IMG/VR virus record: IMGVR_UViG_3300028840_004913
Location: 39,146 to 103,145 of that record
Strand: one strand, 5' to 3'
DNA: 64,000 nt
From: a virus
Part shown: one piece after another, positions 38,603-49,424 of the stretch
Layout: each line of letters starts with the position of its first letter
Position numbering within the stretch: position 1 is the first letter of the stretch
Position numbers and translations under genes: made by a program
The notes under the pieces: model-generated
What the model was told of the DNA's origin: nothing
The model's input: the letters and a program-made list of their open reading frames with translations, nothing else
Databases searched by the model: none

Positions 38603-39511
38603 TTATACTAATCTTAGGCCGTAACCTACCCTCATGTACTTTGGAGTCGGCGTTTCTTGACCAACTCTTTGGGCCAGCGGCTGTGCCTTATAATTTGCGA
38701 CGTCGAGAGCATAATCATCTCGAGCGGCCTGGGTATCTTGCATCCAATTCTGTACTAAGGCATTGACTTCATTCATGTAATTTGTCTTAGCCTCGTCAGT
38801 CATGGCAGAATATTTCGCATTGTAAATAGCCATATCTTCTCTGCGCTTCTGGCCGGCTGCCTGCATTGCTGTCCTGGCAGATGTATCATAAATCTGGCCA
38901 AGCGCCTGGCCATAACCCTTAACCGTTTCCCTGGCCAGTTGTCTCCGCATTGCTGGATTGTCTGCAGATCTATTTGCCAGCATCTGCTCAGCGGTAGCCT
39001 GGCGCAGTTGAGCGGCCTGGTTTCCTACAAGCTCCTGTCGTTTGCCGCGCTCGTAGCCGGCATCCTCTTCTGGAGGGGCATACTCAGGCGCTACATAGGA
39101 TGGAACATCAGGATATGGAGTGGTTTGGAATACAGGTTTTTCCAAGGGCTTATCGAGGATAACGCCGGCACCACCACCACCACCAACGCTATAACCACGA
39201 CTCTTGCTAACGGTGCGAGGGCCTGTCATTTGACCCCATGGCCTACCGTAAGAATCTTGCCTATTCTGCGTATTCGAAGGTGTTATTACCACCTGTGTCT
39301 TGGCGCTCCCTTGATTGCCGGCAGTAGGATTGCTCTGCATAAAAGCGAGTCCTGCAGCATCGGCTCTATACCGGTCTGACATTGCCTGTAGGGATCTATT
39401 CACCTGTTCCTCGGTGCCACCACCACCATGTCTTGTAACCATTCCGGAACCACCACCACCTGTAGGTGTGGGTATCGCCCCTTCAGCCGAATACCTTGGC
39501 TCTATTCTCAT
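38603..39511 (-). CDS. Putative internal virion (ejection) protein
   Basis: G/Q/A-rich; position. Confidence 0.55.
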   Translation of the reverse strand: MRIEPRYSAEGAIPTPTGGGGSGMVTRHGGGGTEEQVNRSLQAMSDRYRADAAGLAFMQSNPTAGNQGSAKTQVVITPSNTQNRQDSYGRPWGQMTGPRTVSKSRGYSVGGGGGAGVILDKPLEKPVFQTTPYPDVPSYVAPEYAPPEEDAGYERGKRQELVGNQAAQLRQATAEQMLANRSADNPAMRRQLARETVKGYGQALGQIYDTSARTAMQAAGQKRREDMAIYNAKYSAMTDEAKTNYMNEVNALVQNWMQDTQAARDDYALDVANYKAQPLAQRVGQETPTPKYMRVGYGLRLV

Positions 39512-39546
39512 GAAACACCTCGCTTATATTAAAAATAATCTATTTT

Positions 39547-39560
39547 ATACACCATGTCAA
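39547..39560 (-). promoter_or_regulatory. TTGACA-N5-TAT repeated motif
   Basis: TTGACATGGTGTAT; related copies at 6881, 49411 and 55187. Confidence 0.45.
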
Positions 39561-39562
39561 TA

Positions 39563-39958
39563 TCATTGATACTGTGTAAAATCAAAGCCTTCTCCGGCTT
39601 CCTCAGCCCTTTTGATATCTGTCATGATGGACCTTATCCCGACTTCTGTAAAATATCCCCACCCACAATCGGTGTTATTGCAATCAATCAGGGTATTCTT
39701 TCCCTCAACCATGTACCTCGGATTTTTATTCAATTCAAATACAGCTACTCCATAGCCACATTCTGGACAAGATCCATTTGGTAGCACATGGATAGAACTC
39801 TTCGCCGGCTGCACATCTGAGAGTCTTACGCTCTTAACGGCAGCTTCCACGGCAGGCAGTCCATGCTCTTCGATATCTTCAAAGAAATCGTTTAATATCA
39901 ATAACATAGATTCCCTGCAGGATTTGTGTGAACTCTTTAATCTGGCTGTGCACCTCAT
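39563..39958 (-). CDS. Zn-ribbon hypothetical protein
   Basis: CPECG...C....CGW. Confidence 0.55.
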   Translation of the reverse strand: MRCTARLKSSHKSCRESMLLILNDFFEDIEEHGLPAVEAAVKSVRLSDVQPAKSSIHVLPNGSCPECGYGVAVFELNKNPRYMVEGKNTLIDCNNTDCGWGYFTEVGIRSIMTDIKRAEEAGEGFDFTQYQ

Positions 39959-41679
39959 ATTTTGTATACCCCCTGGTGAAGTTGCGTGGTGAACGAAAGC
40001 GCTATCTGCGTATACGCTGGAAACGCCACCTTCGCATCATCTATAATTTGCTGGACCATTGCCTCAAAAGCAGCCTTTCTGGAATCGGCAAATGGTCTAT
40101 TCAACTGATTATTATGAATAAATCCTGTATGATCATAAAAAAGGTCTGCGTAAAACTCTTCATAAAACACGGGATTTCCACCACCAATATCCTCTACCTT
40201 ATGATCGAATGCCACGAGGTGAATCAGCGAGTCAGGATTTTCTGGAGCATCCAAAGCAGGATTATAATAGTCTGAGGCGAGAGTCAAGTTGTTTCCGGAT
40301 ATCAAGGAGATAAATCTATCCGGAGCCTCAGCGCCGGCCCCAAAGGTATCCCCCTGGACGTCGATATACCAGTTTATATTGTGGCTCAACCTCGGCACGA
40401 TACCAGTATCAACACAGGCCCCGCCGACCTCTATATTGGCTTCGAAGAAAACCTCGATCGTCTCATACATAAATACCTGTTCGTAGTTGTATTCTGTGGA
40501 CGTGAAGCCATAAGCCCACTCACCTGATCCAAGGGCAGACGGTGATGTAAGTAATGGAAAACTCTTTGTAATTGTCGTGAAGCAGTCACCTTGTTGGATT
40601 GGTGGCGGCGTCGTATTACAGAATGAACATATTACCTCGCAGGATCCAGCGCTATCGTAAAACTGCGTAAAACCGCATCTCCAATAGATCACATCGGTAT
40701 AATCGTCACCTATCCCATCAAGCCCCGTGTCACAAGGTGGTAGCACATCTTGACTAAAAGAGCAACTCCGGCCGATGGTAACATCCTTGGACCCTATTGA
40801 CGGCACCAGGCCGCGCCAGTACGCGAGAGATGCATCCAGCACAGGCAGGGTTAATGTGCCGCCGATACCATCTGGAATATCTGTCGGTATTTCCTCTCGC
40901 CACATATCCCATACAAAAGATCGCTCATATATACCGGCACCGGTATTCACGCTGATCTTAATATCGAAATACTGGCTCGGGCACCTTTCATCTTGGAATG
41001 AAGCGATATCTATATTTGCCTCAGACAGACCTGGCACAGGGTTAATGGCCCCGCCAGGATTATCGGCCTCCATATATGCCCGAATCCTTAACAGCCCATT
41101 CCATCCTATATTTCCAGGGATCAAAACCTCGATGATATCTTTCCCTGATCCTGGGTACCGGAACTGCGTACCGCTTGGAGCGAATGGAAGTTCAACAAGT
41201 ACAACGGGGTGTGTCGGCTGTAAGTCGATAAGCGTCCACGTTCCAGGGCAAACCTCACCCACCGCAGACCATTGAGGATCCGTTGAGAGCGTCACGACCA
41301 CAGGATCGATATCGAAGACAAATATAAAAGGCAGCCCACCACCAATAACACCGTCGCCGGTAGGCGTCGGCCATGGCACACCTGGTGGAGGCACCCAACC
41401 TGGAGGGATATCTGAGAAGCCTGGAGGTGGTTCGAGCTCATATTCCATCTGCTCGTAACCCTTTGACTTGTAAGGCTTTTTGTGCTCAGACTGCTTTAGA
41501 AGATCGGAGCTTAGGGAGTTGCTTGCATCGGTAGGGATCTCTGGCGTAAATTCTGCCTGCTCTGGTATACGGGTAGTAACGGCAGACCATTTCTCTTTGG
41601 CCGACGGCCGGCGAGCCTGTTCCGGATATACCGTCGCCGGAACGTACATCCGTTTTTCCCAATCCTTTTGAATTGCCAT
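39955..41679 (-). CDS. Virion structural protein (unknown)
   Basis: 574-aa ORF abutting the tail gene. Confidence 0.65.
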   Translation of the reverse strand: MAIQKDWEKRMYVPATVYPEQARRPSAKEKWSAVTTRIPEQAEFTPEIPTDASNSLSSDLLKQSEHKKPYKSKGYEQMEYELEPPPGFSDIPPGWVPPPGVPWPTPTGDGVIGGGLPFIFVFDIDPVVVTLSTDPQWSAVGEVCPGTWTLIDLQPTHPVVLVELPFAPSGTQFRYPGSGKDIIEVLIPGNIGWNGLLRIRAYMEADNPGGAINPVPGLSEANIDIASFQDERCPSQYFDIKISVNTGAGIYERSFVWDMWREEIPTDIPDGIGGTLTLPVLDASLAYWRGLVPSIGSKDVTIGRSCSFSQDVLPPCDTGLDGIGDDYTDVIYWRCGFTQFYDSAGSCEVICSFCNTTPPPIQQGDCFTTITKSFPLLTSPSALGSGEWAYGFTSTEYNYEQVFMYETIEVFFEANIEVGGACVDTGIVPRLSHNINWYIDVQGDTFGAGAEAPDRFISLISGNNLTLASDYYNPALDAPENPDSLIHLVAFDHKVEDIGGGNPVFYEEFYADLFYDHTGFIHNNQLNRPFADSRKAAFEAMVQQIIDDAKVAFPAYTQIALSFTTQLHQGVYKI

Positions 41680-44600
41680 TTATCTCTTCCCGAGCGCACC
41701 GAGATCCACAGAATAATCATATAACCAGGTATCCGTATCAATCTCATTATTTCTAAACACCAGGGTAAGGTGTGTTTCCTGGGTAGCGTTCACGACCAAT
41801 CTATGACGCCTCACATCGTCGCCTGTTTCCTCGGCGCTCATGTCGAGCTCGTCCTCGTGGTCAGGATATGTGCGAGAATCTTCAAGGATATCAAAGGTTA
41901 ATACGGCACCCTCGATTGCCAGCATACGGATCCAGACCTCTCGCAGATCCAGAAGCGCTGCAGCGGCATTCATTTCAAGGTAGGCAACCGCATCGATCGC
42001 GTCACCATTATCATTCAGGCCGTAGTTAAAACGACTGGCCCATGACTTGCTGTAATTCATTTGAATTACTGGCAAAGATCCGCTTCCGGCGTCAACTTCT
42101 CCAACCGTTGTCGGAGCGTTGGCATCGTCTTCAAAGGTATCAAACAGCCAGTCGCCGGTCGTTAGATCATAAACAGGGAAGACATTCGGCAATTCGGCAC
42201 CCTCTCCGGAGCATATGCCGAATCGCACAACCTCACAGGAGCTATCATATGCAGCCCAGGCGAGGCCCTCCTTGCCTTTTGTGAGGCACTCAGGAAATCG
42301 TGGATCAAAGTAATTCTGAATGTCCTGAGATATCCTGGTAACAATACGACCATCGGTTTGATAGATACCGTATCGGCTTATCCAGTATGCTCGCGTCTGA
42401 GCGGTTTCATCCGTCCTGATCACAGATCCCTGTGGACCATCGATAACCGTGACGGCGTCTTCATTCAGGGCCCCGACCCTGGTGGATAACACAAGTCGAC
42501 CGAATGTAGATGGGCTGTAACCCTCGAAAATCGTTGTGCATCCACCGTCCATGCCTCTCTCTTGCTGGTGGACCAGGAGCTCATTATGAAATTTTTTCAT
42601 GGATATGATCTTATTCGGCCGGCCATCACCCGCTCTCAGGATTGCAAAATCTGTACCAGACAAAACATTTGGCCCGATAGTCGAAGAGACATACAGGTAA
42701 TGCGGGAACCGATTAAAGGAATACGCAGCCCTATCTTTGAACGCTGCATTAGATATTCCTATGGCACCATAATCCTCAGAAACATTAGTCATTACAGGGG
42801 CATAGGTTACTGACAGATTAGCCTGTTCAGATAGAGGACCTCCGGTGAACTGTATCTCATACCAGTATAGCGCAAAATTTGAATCATTAAACCTGTGCTT
42901 TTCAACCAGGGTTTCAGATCCATATAGCGTTACCTGGCCCTTCTCAGAGAATCCTGAGCTCCCGTCATTAAAGGATATTGAGCTAAAGCTAACCCCTTTC
43001 CACCCGCGCACGGCAGTAATCGTGGCAGTATTCGAAACATTATCATTCGGCTGCTCACCAGGATCAAACTCAAAAAACTGGACCTTATCGGCTGTACCGA
43101 TGTAAATCCTATCTGAGGACGTGAGCTCATTCAATACCACAGACCCTGCAGCGTATAAAAAGGTTTTATCGTCTGAGGCGTCATATACTTGAACCTCGGC
43201 CGGAATACGCGAGATACCGTCCCACAGATTGTGCTCCAGGGACACAAACTCCTGGTTTCCATAGGTGATACTGGAAATCGTAATTGTGCTCCATGCTGAG
43301 CCATTCGGAACGATCCTGTACCAATATCCGGTGATACCAGCGAATGTCGCAGGCACCTCTGCGGTCGATTTGGTAAAGGTGACAGATCCACTCCCTGCGA
43401 GCCCGTCAGACCCGTTGAGGGTGGTATCGGACACGATCGTTGCCGTACCCCAACCGCTCTGATATCCCCTCCAGTAAAGAACTCTTGTCGGAGATGCGTT
43501 AGTATTTCCCTGTGTTATCACAAAGTTAAGTATATCTGCAGGTGTTTGGCAGCACACCATTAAACCAACATCTGTAGAGGCCAGGCCTCCAAACTGATAA
43601 TCAAGACTGTCATTACCGACTACAAACTCCCAAATATCGGAACCACCTGATAATACATCAAAATTTGTATTATAAGTTTGCGAGTCGTAATGCGCCCCTT
43701 TTATCTTTTGACGGTTTCCAGCCCAAAGCTGGTGCTGAGATATTGCATCCGAAAAAATCATAATGCCGTCGATATCTGCATAGCTCGCCGGCTGCAGGAT
43801 GATATCTCCGGAGTCATAGAACAGAGGGCCAAATACACCAGCGGTGAAAACAGGCGGCTCGTTTGTGGCCTTCAATAGAATGCCGTCCGAAAGCTGGACA
43901 AAGGTGTGGCGCTCGAAGTCGGCCGTGTCAGGATCTTCTTCCCATGACTTTGTGAACTGCCAGTTTGAGATCGGGAAGCGATCAATAGAAGCGAATCCGG
44001 TGAACAGCGGTATATCTGGATGACAGGCAGGAGGGCTGTCGTCCGCGCCCAATCTCGGCGCATACAAATATGCGACATTTGTGGGTACCGGTGGTGTGTT
44101 TAGATAATCAAAGGAATAGTTTTTGATCATCAACCCCATGATGGTTCCAGGTCCATAGATCCCATTAAGAACATCCTGAATATGCTGTAACCCTGCGGCA
44201 TTAAAGGTAAAAGTATACTCTGCACCGACGACTCCGGATGGAGTAAAGATATTATCGGAGATCAGGGTATTCGAGGTGAAATCATAGAAGATATCTGGTA
44301 TCTCAAAGAATGGTGGCACCTGTGCGGTAACGTCGACCAGGCAGATATCCATGTAATCAAAATTTGGAGGCCCACCAAATAGGGCGGGAGCGTCGAAGGC
44401 AGTCTCGATCCTCAGGGTGGCATCCGTGATCGTCGTCCCGACAAATCCGGATATATCGAACATCATTATTGCCCTGGCATTTTGAGCGGTGAACCCATAA
44501 TCCACCGAAACCATAGGAGCATCCGGAAGGGTAGAATCACCGAGAAACATCCTTGACGGACCACCATCTCTTGCCTCTGTCCAGCTATCAGCGAAAGCTG

Positions 44601-44865
44601 TCCAAACGACGTCAGAGAAATGCGCTGGACCCCCATTGCCAAGGATCCAGGTCCCGCACATAGACTCTTCATAAATATCAAAGGCCTCTGAATGTAAGGC
44701 CTCCATACCACCACGTTTTCTTATGCCAGGGTAGTAATTTCGGAAGTTATTACAGACGCTTAGCTCACCTATGGTAAGTTGAGCGGCAGGCCTACGGGTG
44801 ACAGTCCGACCATGGAAAGGCGAATAGCCACCTACCTGAAATCGATCTTTTCTGAATTTATCCAT
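41680..44865 (-). CDS. Tail tubular/nozzle (gp10/gp12-like) protein with inserted domains
   Basis: N-terminal N......IRKRGG; propeller-like C-terminus (YWIS..GIY.TDG..V.RIS.DI..YF). Confidence 0.65.
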   Translation of the reverse strand: MDKFRKDRFQVGGYSPFHGRTVTRRPAAQLTIGELSVCNNFRNYYPGIRKRGGMEALHSEAFDIYEESMCGTWILGNGGPAHFSDVVWTAFADSWTEARDGGPSRMFLGDSTLPDAPMVSVDYGFTAQNARAIMMFDISGFVGTTITDATLRIETAFDAPALFGGPPNFDYMDICLVDVTAQVPPFFEIPDIFYDFTSNTLISDNIFTPSGVVGAEYTFTFNAAGLQHIQDVLNGIYGPGTIMGLMIKNYSFDYLNTPPVPTNVAYLYAPRLGADDSPPACHPDIPLFTGFASIDRFPISNWQFTKSWEEDPDTADFERHTFVQLSDGILLKATNEPPVFTAGVFGPLFYDSGDIILQPASYADIDGIMIFSDAISQHQLWAGNRQKIKGAHYDSQTYNTNFDVLSGGSDIWEFVVGNDSLDYQFGGLASTDVGLMVCCQTPADILNFVITQGNTNASPTRVLYWRGYQSGWGTATIVSDTTLNGSDGLAGSGSVTFTKSTAEVPATFAGITGYWYRIVPNGSAWSTITISSITYGNQEFVSLEHNLWDGISRIPAEVQVYDASDDKTFLYAAGSVVLNELTSSDRIYIGTADKVQFFEFDPGEQPNDNVSNTATITAVRGWKGVSFSSISFNDGSSGFSEKGQVTLYGSETLVEKHRFNDSNFALYWYEIQFTGGPLSEQANLSVTYAPVMTNVSEDYGAIGISNAAFKDRAAYSFNRFPHYLYVSSTIGPNVLSGTDFAILRAGDGRPNKIISMKKFHNELLVHQQERGMDGGCTTIFEGYSPSTFGRLVLSTRVGALNEDAVTVIDGPQGSVIRTDETAQTRAYWISRYGIYQTDGRIVTRISQDIQNYFDPRFPECLTKGKEGLAWAAYDSSCEVVRFGICSGEGAELPNVFPVYDLTTGDWLFDTFEDDANAPTTVGEVDAGSGSLPVIQMNYSKSWASRFNYGLNDNGDAIDAVAYLEMNAAAALLDLREVWIRMLAIEGAVLTFDILEDSRTYPDHEDELDMSAEETGDDVRRHRLVVNATQETHLTLVFRNNEIDTDTWLYDYSVDLGALGKR

Positions 44866-45609
44866 TTAGAACACCCAGGAACTTCCACGCGATCCACCGT
44901 AATGCGGGAATTGAACCTGAGTAGTTCTGCGGGTATAGCCCGATTGCTTTTTACTCTTTGCCTCGGTAACCCACGAATCATATTCAGCTTCCTTGATCTT
45001 CCCGAGCTCTTCATCGGACCACGGTTTATTTGTGAGTTGCATCAAACTGCCAGCGATACCGGTACCGATCGCTCTCTTGTATTGCCTCCAAAAGAAATCA
45101 GGTAACTCGGTGGCCGTATGGGCCGGCATAAGTATCAGCCTGGCCTCGATACCATCCGGAGCGGAATCTAATTCTGGAGTAGGGTGCAAAAATAAAATAT
45201 TATCGAGCTCGTCAAAATAGAAGTTTGTGGGCTCGTTTCCGGTGTAATATTGCCATCCCCCAGCATTCTTATCCGGCACGTTCTCAACCCATGCTCGAAG
45301 CGGTGGAAGGTCCCGATATGTATCAGGATCCTCTCCATCAGACTTGAATTTAACGCTCTCGATTATAACGATATCTGCGGCATTCGGATCAGGATCTGCA
45401 GGGAATAGCCCGTCAAGCGGATAATAGTTGATATCAGCAACAACATCAAACCAAACATCATACCACCATAAGGCAGTACGCTTACAGAAATCCCTGAGGG
45501 TGTCTCGTATTTCATCCTCAAGCAACGTCTGGTATTTGGTATTATCTATCCCCTTGACATATTTGGCAACTTCATCCTGCCAACCGGTCAGGAAATCTAT
45601 ATTGGCCAT
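44866..45609 (-). CDS. Head-tail adaptor / tail tubular protein A-like
   Basis: RDFC.RT..W, L.LHPTP, LPD......I..G..LM....KPWS. Confidence 0.65.
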   Translation of the reverse strand: MANIDFLTGWQDEVAKYVKGIDNTKYQTLLEDEIRDTLRDFCKRTALWWYDVWFDVVADINYYPLDGLFPADPDPNAADIVIIESVKFKSDGEDPDTYRDLPPLRAWVENVPDKNAGGWQYYTGNEPTNFYFDELDNILFLHPTPELDSAPDGIEARLILMPAHTATELPDFFWRQYKRAIGTGIAGSLMQLTNKPWSDEELGKIKEAEYDSWVTEAKSKKQSGYTRRTTQVQFPHYGGSRGSSWVF

Positions 45610-45611
45610 AA

Positions 45612-46280
45612 TTAACCCTTCGCCTGAATGAACAGCTTGCCGTGTTTTGCAAGCTCGTCAATCATGGCAATGGCCTGTTCGCGGAGCTCTGGAAGATCAT
45701 CCATTGGTATCAGGTTGACCTTGTATTTCTCCAGCATATAGGCCTCTAAGGTATTGGTTTTGCGAAACTTATGGAGCTCTTTGATCTCGTCTTCCTTGAT
45801 CATCTCCTGGGTTTTCATGGCATCCGACACGACCGTCTGCTCTTTGGCAGGCTCTACAACCGATAGGATATCATTCTCCTCCAGGTAGCCATCTTCATCA
45901 ACACCGATCTCGCCGGCAATGTCTTCCTGGGTAACCGCAACCTCTGGATTTTCCTCACCATCCTCGAGGAACTCACTCTCGCCGTCGTCCTTAATTAGGC
46001 CGGTTTGGGCGACCTTTTTCTCGAGATCCGGAGCGGCTTCATCTTCGGCGGCCTGCTCTTCTATCTGCTCTTCCTCGTCAACCCGCATAACAACCTTGCC
46101 ACCACGAGCGGCAACACCCTTCTCAAGATCCTTGTCCAGCCACCTCTGATATTGTGCTGGAGACATGGGCGTCATGTCGTCGCGCTGAGCGAGCCCGACC
46201 GTCCAGATGTGCACCCTTTCATCACCATTCGGCAATGTCTGTAGAAGATATTTTGCCCTTACAACTTTTTTCTGTTTCAT
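45612..46280 (-). CDS. Acidic hypothetical protein
   Basis: G-rich RBS. Confidence 0.65.
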   Translation of the reverse strand: MKQKKVVRAKYLLQTLPNGDERVHIWTVGLAQRDDMTPMSPAQYQRWLDKDLEKGVAARGGKVVMRVDEEEQIEEQAAEDEAAPDLEKKVAQTGLIKDDGESEFLEDGEENPEVAVTQEDIAGEIGVDEDGYLEENDILSVVEPAKEQTVVSDAMKTQEMIKEDEIKELHKFRKTNTLEAYMLEKYKVNLIPMDDLPELREQAIAMIDELAKHGKLFIQAKG

Positions 46281-46324
46281 GATAACCCCCCATTTTAATT
46301 AGGTATTCGCTATTCGCAAACCAG

Positions 46325-46361
46325 AAAATAAAAAGGGGAGGCGGCTATGCCACCACCCCTT
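46325..46361 (-). terminator. Rho-independent terminator
   Basis: AAGGGGTGGTGGC-ATA-GCCGCCTCCCCTT followed by a U tract. Confidence 0.75.
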
Positions 46362-46387
46362 GATAGAGTTATAATTATTTTACCAGA

Positions 46388-46999
46388 TTACGGGATTATG
46401 AAGGGTACCAGGTTGTCCTCGAACCCATCAATATCACCGTCCATGGTATGGAAGCCGAGCATGAAAAGCTGCAGCACCATTTCGTCCAGAAGAGCACCAT
46501 CCGTTTCGGCCAGGCTTTCGAATGTCAGGTCGATCGATGTATTACCAATCGCCATGTAATACGACGGAAGACCGGAGTTAACGGGGGAGCATGCGGCTGG
46601 ACCTGTAAAGCCGGAATAATACATCTTGCCAAAAAGCAGATCTGCCTGGTCAACGAAAAAGTCCGGATCCGCTGTTGCGTCTCCGGAGACGTTTTTGACG
46701 ATCAGATCATCGACATTGTCACCGAGGGACAGGACATTCCCTGGCTCGGTGCCGGCGTAGGCGTCGTCGACAATAAAGCCGGCGCACATGATCATGAAGC
46801 CGCGCTTTACGTTAAAGATCTCATAAATATCGCCGGATTCGATAGAGGCCGGAACCACATCGAGGCCTGTAGCCGGATTGACCAGCTTGGTTTCGCCGGA
46901 AAGGACTTTGGCCATATCGAGGGTAACGCGCTCAACGTGGAAGCCAAAGGCGTCGTAGGCATGGTTATAACCGCTGCCTTTGAATGCATAGGTAGACAT
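46388..46999 (-). CDS. Putative capsid decoration / minor head protein
   Basis: Directly after the capsid gene; GGAGG RBS. Confidence 0.55.
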   Translation of the reverse strand: MSTYAFKGSGYNHAYDAFGFHVERVTLDMAKVLSGETKLVNPATGLDVVPASIESGDIYEIFNVKRGFMIMCAGFIVDDAYAGTEPGNVLSLGDNVDDLIVKNVSGDATADPDFFVDQADLLFGKMYYSGFTGPAACSPVNSGLPSYYMAIGNTSIDLTFESLAETDGALLDEMVLQLFMLGFHTMDGDIDGFEDNLVPFIIP

Positions 47000-47113
47000 A
47001 TCTTAATACCTCCAGGGTTTAAAATTTTAGTTTGGGCACGGAGCCCGTCAAGACTTAGTCCATCAGGGCTCCGGCCACGGGGGGGATATTTAATCCCTCG
47101 GGATTAGCTCGGA

Positions 47114-48031
47114 TTAGCCCTTCCGGACGTACATATCGACCAGCGATTCTGGTTTCAGAACCTCGTAGCCGTAGACGTTCAGACCACGGACCAGGGTACC
47201 AAAGGTACTTTCGGCTCGCAGGCTTTCCATTTTGGTCATTTGGGCGGCGAATGAAATCGCGCTCTTATGACCGGCCATTGGATGGTAAGCTCGGAAGGCA
47301 CCATCGGTAACGCTGGTCAGCAAGTTGCTGGCGTAGATGGTGAACCGATCGATCATACCGATCCGGCCATTTCGCAGGATGCTGGTGCCGTCGCCGGCAA
47401 GGGAAGCATCCTTGAGATCGGACTTGAGGATCATACCGCACATCCACGGAGGCAGTACCATCCAACGGGAGTCCTCAGGGATATTCTGTTCGTCGAGGAC
47501 AGTACCGACGTCCACGATGAAGTCCAGAATATTGGCCTTGGTGATCGCTACCGGAGCACCGGTTACGCCAAGGTCGAAAGAGGCAGAGTCAGCGCCGGCC
47601 GTCGCGCCTTGGTTGGCGGGATCTGCATCGGCATAGACGTCGCCAAGAAACTCACGGTCGACGACGATCTTCATTTGCTGACCGGCATCTCTGGACCAGG
47701 AATCCATCAGGGCGATATCGGTTTGGTGCTTGTCGATATCGTCGCAGATCATATTGAAATACTTGGCCTTGTCGATCAGGAGCTCTTTATTCGGAGCTTC
47801 CGGCCGTTGGATCTGCAGGCTCTGGCCTTTGTTATAGTCACGGATGATGATATCCGGAACCGTGCGGATAATGACTTTGTCGCCTTTATCCTTGATCTCG
47901 CCTTCATAGTCCGTATTGGAGATGGCGGCGATTACGGTTGCGGCATAAAACTTAACGAGCAATTTGCCCGACCAAATCTCCGGAATAAAAGTACCGGAGT
48001 ATTGCGGGGTACCAGGGGCGGCTGGAATCAT
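47114..48031 (-). CDS. Major capsid protein
   Basis: FIPEIWSGKLL, N.DYEGEI...GD.V.I, LDEQNIP...RW.V, RGLNVYG. Confidence 0.9.
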   Translation of the reverse strand: MIPAAPGTPQYSGTFIPEIWSGKLLVKFYAATVIAAISNTDYEGEIKDKGDKVIIRTVPDIIIRDYNKGQSLQIQRPEAPNKELLIDKAKYFNMICDDIDKHQTDIALMDSWSRDAGQQMKIVVDREFLGDVYADADPANQGATAGADSASFDLGVTGAPVAITKANILDFIVDVGTVLDEQNIPEDSRWMVLPPWMCGMILKSDLKDASLAGDGTSILRNGRIGMIDRFTIYASNLLTSVTDGAFRAYHPMAGHKSAISFAAQMTKMESLRAESTFGTLVRGLNVYGYEVLKPESLVDMYVRKG

Positions 48032-48097
48032 TTTATTTCCTCCAAGATTTTAAATATTTATGCGGTCTGACTGGAGGATTAGAAGGCCGGTCAAGCC

Positions 48098-49228
48098 TTA
48101 TGTTACTAACCCTGCAGCGATTGCCGCTTGAAAACGATTGCTTACCTTATCGAACTCGGCCTCGGTAATTTTCTGAGTCGTAAACCGCTTCTTAGCGGTA
48201 TTGAACTCTTCACGGGTGGCATACTTGGTTTTATCCATTGCAGCATTCCCCGTTTCCTCACCGACTGCGCCTGTGGCATCCGGAACCAAAAGGTTCGCTT
48301 TGGGATCCTGTGCAGGCTCTGCCGCGCTATTCTGTGCTGGTGGGGCCCCGCTCTCGGCCAGGTATCGGTTAAAAACCGCTATGACTCTTTGCGAATTGAG
48401 CGCCTTGGCACTCTGAGTCAATATCTGGATTCGAGGATAGCCGGTCATTGGATCCGGCTGGTCACACCATGCCAAAAACTTCGGATCATGGTTGATGGTC
48501 TGCCAGTTTGGTAATGCGGCGGCGAGCTCGTCAAAGTATTTGTCCTTTGCGGATTTAACGGTCAACTGCTCAACCGTCTCAAATCTTTGCATAAACTCAT
48601 TATCAGGTGCCGCTCCTCCTGCCGGCTGACCAATACTCTCGAGCTTCGCATAAAGCTGAGAGATCAGATCTGCCTGGCTGTTAAATCCCTGCGCCAGGCG
48701 AATAACTTCGTCACCGTATCCGTCCATGGTATCGAGGTCAATCTTCGAGGTTGCGCTGGAAACAAGATCGTTTGCCGGTGCAGCCGGAGCAGGCGCGGCC
48801 GGAGCCTTCGTCTGCTGGTCGAGAATGGCCTCGAGACGCTCGATGACCTTCTGTGAGTTGTTGAGTTGTCCCTGCATTGCGATCTGCGACTCGCGCATAT
48901 CGGAAATCTCTCGATTGTACTTACCCTGCAGGACCTTGTACTTTTGCTCCCAATCTCCCCCCGTGGCCGGAATGTCTGGAGTCGGTATGGCTTCGGCTCC
49001 AATTTCTGGATCGGCCGTTACGCTCAAATCGATCTCTGAATCCGGCACATTGTCGGCTGGATCCGGATGCGTCGGCTTTAATGGTTCAGCCGGTGGATCG
49101 GCCGGCGTCGCAACCTCGGGTTCGGGCTCGGTGCCGGCGGCTTTTGCGATTAGAGCGTTTGCTGCCTCTTCCTGTTTGGAAACGGCAGAGGGAATTTCGG
49201 GCTCATGACTTGCTTTCTTTTTGGGCAT
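48098..49228 (-). CDS. Capsid scaffolding protein
   Basis: WEQKYKVLQGKYN.E, P.WQ.IN.DP.F..W; upstream of the capsid gene; GGAGG RBS before MPKKK. Confidence 0.75.
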   Translation of the reverse strand: MPKKKASHEPEIPSAVSKQEEAANALIAKAAGTEPEPEVATPADPPAEPLKPTHPDPADNVPDSEIDLSVTADPEIGAEAIPTPDIPATGGDWEQKYKVLQGKYNREISDMRESQIAMQGQLNNSQKVIERLEAILDQQTKAPAAPAPAAPANDLVSSATSKIDLDTMDGYGDEVIRLAQGFNSQADLISQLYAKLESIGQPAGGAAPDNEFMQRFETVEQLTVKSAKDKYFDELAAALPNWQTINHDPKFLAWCDQPDPMTGYPRIQILTQSAKALNSQRVIAVFNRYLAESGAPPAQNSAAEPAQDPKANLLVPDATGAVGEETGNAAMDKTKYATREEFNTAKKRFTTQKITEAEFDKVSNRFQAAIAAGLVT

Positions 49229-49238
49229 TTTGTCCTCC

Positions 49239-49300
49239 TTTTGAGCCGCATATGCGGTATTCAAAGTCTTTGACCGGAGCCATATGGTATTCCGATCAAG
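49239..49300 (-). promoter_or_regulatory. Two tandem hairpins in the scaffold leader
   Basis: GAATACC-ATAT-GGCTC and GAATACCGC-ATAT-GCGGCTC, next to the RBS. Confidence 0.6.
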
Positions 49301-49410
49301 GTTGAGGGAGATAGCCCAACCAAATTTACAATAAATTCAACAACTTGAACTTAAAGAGATCCGCTGTACGGATTTTGGTTGACCCCCCTTGCAACTACCT
49401 TATACATTAC

Positions 49411-49424
49411 ATACGCCGTGTCAA
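49411..49424 (-). promoter_or_regulatory. TTGACA-N5-TAT motif / promoter upstream of scaffold-capsid
   Basis: TTGACACGGCGTAT; TAAGGT lies 16 nt after TTGACA. Confidence 0.5.
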
